This document shows positions 61,221 to 64,000 of a stretch of 64,000 nucleotides of DNA, in pieces. Numbering within the stretch: position 1 is the first letter of the stretch; each line of letters starts with the position of its first letter. The notes beneath the pieces were generated by a model. It saw only the letters and a list, made by a program, of their open reading frames with translations, searched no databases and had not been told where the DNA came from. The translations under genes and the position numbers were made by a program. This stretch comes from Prevotella sp. (GTDB lineage Bacteria > Bacteroidota > Bacteroidia > Bacteroidales > Bacteroidaceae): positions 14,678 through 78,677 of the forward strand of contig JAFSYY010000119.1 in assembly GCA_017455845.1 (NCBI GenBank), given 5' to 3'.

Positions 61221-62843
61221 TTATGCGTGAAAGGTGAGGCGCTCGCCAGTATCGGGGTCGTCGAAGGCGAGGACTTCGGCATGCAGGTGAAGGCGGTCGG
61301 CGGCCATGCTGCCATAGAGGTTGTCGCCCAGGATGGGATTGTTGAGTCCCTGGCTGTGGGCACAGTGCACGCGCAACTGATGGGTGCGGCCCGTATGGGG
61401 GATGAGGCGCACACGGCGGCCACCCAGGGCTATATATTCCGTCAGGGCAGGCTTGCCGTGGTCTGGATCCACGACCTGCCGCGGCCTGTCCAGCGGGTCT
61501 GGACGCAGAGGCAGGCTGATGGTGCCGCTGCCCGTGATGTCGCGTTCGAGCGTTGCCACATATTCCTTATGAACGGTGCGTCTCAGAAACTGTTGCTGCA
61601 GATGATGATAGGCCGCCTTGGTCAGGGCAACGACCATCAGTCCCGAAGTGTCCATATCGAGACGGTGAACCATATACACCTCCGCATATTGCGCCTTGAG
61701 GATGCTCTCTACCGAAGGCTGTCTCGAGCGTCCGGGCACGGAGAGCAGGCCGGCGGGCTTGTTGATGACGAGGAAGGAGCGGGTTTTGGAGGTTGGAGAA
61801 TTGGAGGAAGGAGGAAGGAGGATGGAGGTAGGAGAATAGATATTGGAAGAAGGAGGAAGGAGGATGGAGGAAGGAGAATAGATATTGGAGGAAGGAGAAA
61901 TATCCTCCAACATCCATTCCAGTATTGGTTTGCATTTGCCTCGACAGGCGGTATAGAAGTGATTGTGATGGCGTATCTCCATACGTGGCGAGCGACCCTG
62001 CCAGAACTCGGCGATGCTCAAGGGGCGCAGATGGTGGGCGTAGGCATACTGCAGGAGTTTGGGTGCGCAGCACTCGCCCGAGCCTGAGGGTGGCACGCCC
62101 TGCGGGGTATTGGCGAAGATGGTTGTCAGCGAGCGTTGCTCGCCACGGTCGTTGAGCATCAGGAAATGGTCGAAGAGCCAGTGTTGAAGGCTGTCGGACC
62201 GCTCGCGGCGCTCACGTCTGAGGGCAGCCACCTGACTGCTAATGGGCTGCATCTGCGCATCGATTTGTGCCAGTTGAGCGGCCCAGTAGTGTTTCTTCCT
62301 TCGCAGTTCGGCCTTCTGGAACTGACTCTCGCGCACCAGCGATGCTTCGTCAAAGGGCTGTCCGCCATGGCGCAGGTCGTTGCGCCGCCGCTTGTCTTCG
62401 CTGAGAATGGTCTTATAGGCCGTGATGTCGGCTGTAGCCGCTGCTTCGATGGCCTGTCGTCTCTGTTTCAGTTGTTCATGGTCATCGTTGCTTTCCAGCG
62501 TGCCGATATGTCGGTTGATGTCGGAAATACGTGCCTCCTCCTGTCGGAAATAGCCGTCGGGCTGCAGGTAGTCGAACACGGCGGGCACAAACCACGGCCA
62601 GTCGGCACGTCCTTGTATCTGTCCGCTATAGGCTGCAAGGAAGCCCAGGGTGCCTGTCGCGTCCTCGCACACCAGCACGCCGAACATCTTTCCGGCGGCC
62701 ACCTCGTCGGCCCACTCTGGCTTATGTGCCAGATAGCGGCGCACCTCGCCGGCCGCTTCCAGACAGAGCGGATGCGGCTCATAGTCGAACGGATTGTTCA
62801 TCCGCTCCGGGCGGGGAGTTGAGGTGATTAAGGGATGAAACAT
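61221..62843 (-). CDS. RluA family pseudouridine synthase (long Bacteroidetes type)
   Basis: GKMFGVL, GECCAPKLLQYA, HRLDMDTSG, TGRTHQLRVH. In-frame (GGAGGAA)n insert at ~61788-61900. Confidence 0.92.
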   Translation of the reverse strand: MFHPLITSTPRPERMNNPFDYEPHPLCLEAAGEVRRYLAHKPEWADEVAAGKMFGVLVCEDATGTLGFLAAYSGQIQGRADWPWFVPAVFDYLQPDGYFRQEEARISDINRHIGTLESNDDHEQLKQRRQAIEAAATADITAYKTILSEDKRRRNDLRHGGQPFDEASLVRESQFQKAELRRKKHYWAAQLAQIDAQMQPISSQVAALRRERRERSDSLQHWLFDHFLMLNDRGEQRSLTTIFANTPQGVPPSGSGECCAPKLLQYAYAHHLRPLSIAEFWQGRSPRMEIRHHNHFYTACRGKCKPILEWMLEDISPSSNIYSPSSILLPPSSNIYSPTSILLPPSSNSPTSKTRSFLVINKPAGLLSVPGRSRQPSVESILKAQYAEVYMVHRLDMDTSGLMVVALTKAAYHHLQQQFLRRTVHKEYVATLERDITGSGTISLPLRPDPLDRPRQVVDPDHGKPALTEYIALGGRRVRLIPHTGRTHQLRVHCAHSQGLNNPILGDNLYGSMAADRLHLHAEVLAFDDPDTGERLTFHA

Positions 62844-62847
62844 TCAA

Positions 62848-63423
62848 TTAGAGTTCATCCACCACCTTGCAGATGTCGGCAAAGATACGGTCGAGGGCGC
62901 CCAGGCCGTCGATGTGGTGGTGCAGCCCCTCCTGCTTGTACCATTCGATGAGGGGTTGCGTCTGCTGGTGGTAAACCACAAGGCGTTTCTTGATGGTCTC
63001 CTCGTTGTCGTCGGCCCGTCCGCTCTGCTGCCCGCGCAGCAGCAGGCGCTGCATCAGTTCATCCTCGGGCACGGCCAGTTCGAGCATGGCAGCCACCTTG
63101 TCGCCGCGCTCGGCCAGCATCTGCTTCAGGGCCTCAGCCTGTGGGATGGTACGTGGGAATCCATCGAAGATAACCCCCTTGTGCCCACGGCCAAAGGCAT
63201 CGTAGACCGATGCCAGGATGCTGATCATCAGTTCGTCGGGAATCAGTTGCCCCTGGTCTATATAGCCCTGTGCCGTCTTGCCCAGTTCAGAGCCTTTCTT
63301 TATTTCTGCACGCAGCACGTCGCCGGTGGAGATATGCTCCAGCCCGTAGTGCTCTATCAGTTTCTCACTTTGTGTGCCCTTGCCTGAGCCAGGTGCGCCG
63401 AAAATCACAATGTTCTTCATCAT
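62848..63423 (-). CDS. adk: Adenylate kinase
   Basis: GAPGSGKGTQ, DGFPRT, GRADDN. Confidence 0.97.
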   Translation of the reverse strand: MMKNIVIFGAPGSGKGTQSEKLIEHYGLEHISTGDVLRAEIKKGSELGKTAQGYIDQGQLIPDELMISILASVYDAFGRGHKGVIFDGFPRTIPQAEALKQMLAERGDKVAAMLELAVPEDELMQRLLLRGQQSGRADDNEETIKKRLVVYHQQTQPLIEWYKQEGLHHHIDGLGALDRIFADICKVVDEL

Positions 63424-63516
63424 GTACTGCCTATTTAATTATTTTTGATGCAAAAATACAAAAAAATCTGGAAAAAGGTCATATATTTAGTAATTATTTC
63501 GTATTTTTGCATCGTT

Positions 63517-64000
63517 ATGAAGATTTTCACCCATTCACAGATACAAGAACTCGACAAATATACCATTGAGCATGAGCCTGTCAAGTCGATAGACCTGATG
63601 GAAAGAGCGGCGCGTGCCATCACTGCTGCCATCATGGAGCGATGGCAGGGCGACGTGCCCGTGGTGGTGCTGGCCGGTCCCGGCAATAACGGCGGCGACG
63701 CTCTTGCCGTGGCTCGCATGCTTAACGAGCATGGCTATCAGGTGCAGGCTTTCCTGTTTAATATTTCCGGCCACCTCTCGGCCGACTGTGCCGCAAACAA
63801 AGACCGGCTGATCAGTAAGAAAGGACATGCGCTGCTGACGGAGGTGACGCAGGAGTTCGACCCGCCGCGCCTGGAGCAAGGCATGCTGGTGGTCGACGGT
63901 CTCTTTGGCTCCGGTCTCAACAAGCCGCTGGCCGGCGGTTTTGCCTCGCTGGTAAAATATGTCAACGCCTCGGCAGCCACCGTGGTGAGCATCGATGTGC
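63517..64000 (+). CDS. nnr: NAD(P)H-hydrate epimerase/dehydratase (YjeF), 5' part
   Basis: Manual translation MKIFTHSQIQELDKYT...LMERAA...GPGNNGGD...DGLFGSG...VSIDV; runs off the window. Confidence 0.92.
   Translation, partial: MKIFTHSQIQELDKYTIEHEPVKSIDLMERAARAITAAIMERWQGDVPVVVLAGPGNNGGDALAVARMLNEHGYQVQAFLFNISGHLSADCAANKDRLISKKGHALLTEVTQEFDPPRLEQGMLVVDGLFGSGLNKPLAGGFASLVKYVNASAATVVSIDV

Overview
A Bacteroidales chromosome segment, most likely Prevotella/Xylanibacter-like, judged from TAnnTTTG promoters, Prevotella-type C-terminal sorting domains and the gene set. It holds housekeeping genes (relA/spoT, S41 protease, murI, pyrE, argH, tRNA-Leu, HU, secDF, adk, nnr), three tandem secreted endonuclease-I-family nucleases, an M15 peptidase/HU-like/smalltalk cassette and a RelE-Xre toxin-antitoxin pair. 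A ~28 kb pectin locus (21.9-50.1 kb) looks like a rhamnogalacturonan-II (RG-II) locus (GH31, GH141-like, PL1, GH78, GH139-like, acetylesterase, GH106, GH2, two SSS transporters) and contains a corrinoid methyl-transfer module. Two unexplained patterns stand out. (1) About 20 tandem arrays with a 7-bp period sit on start/stop codons and inside genes. They form a perfect 24-bp inverted repeat around an AT-rich four-helix-bundle gene, and they are the site of two frameshifts that one extra unit would repair. Several families of GC-rich palindromes are also inserted in-frame in genes. (2) The corrinoid module sits among enzymes predicted to release methylated sugars, suggesting B12-dependent O-demethylation of pectin methyl-sugars. 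All family calls come from motif recognition by eye; no database search was run.
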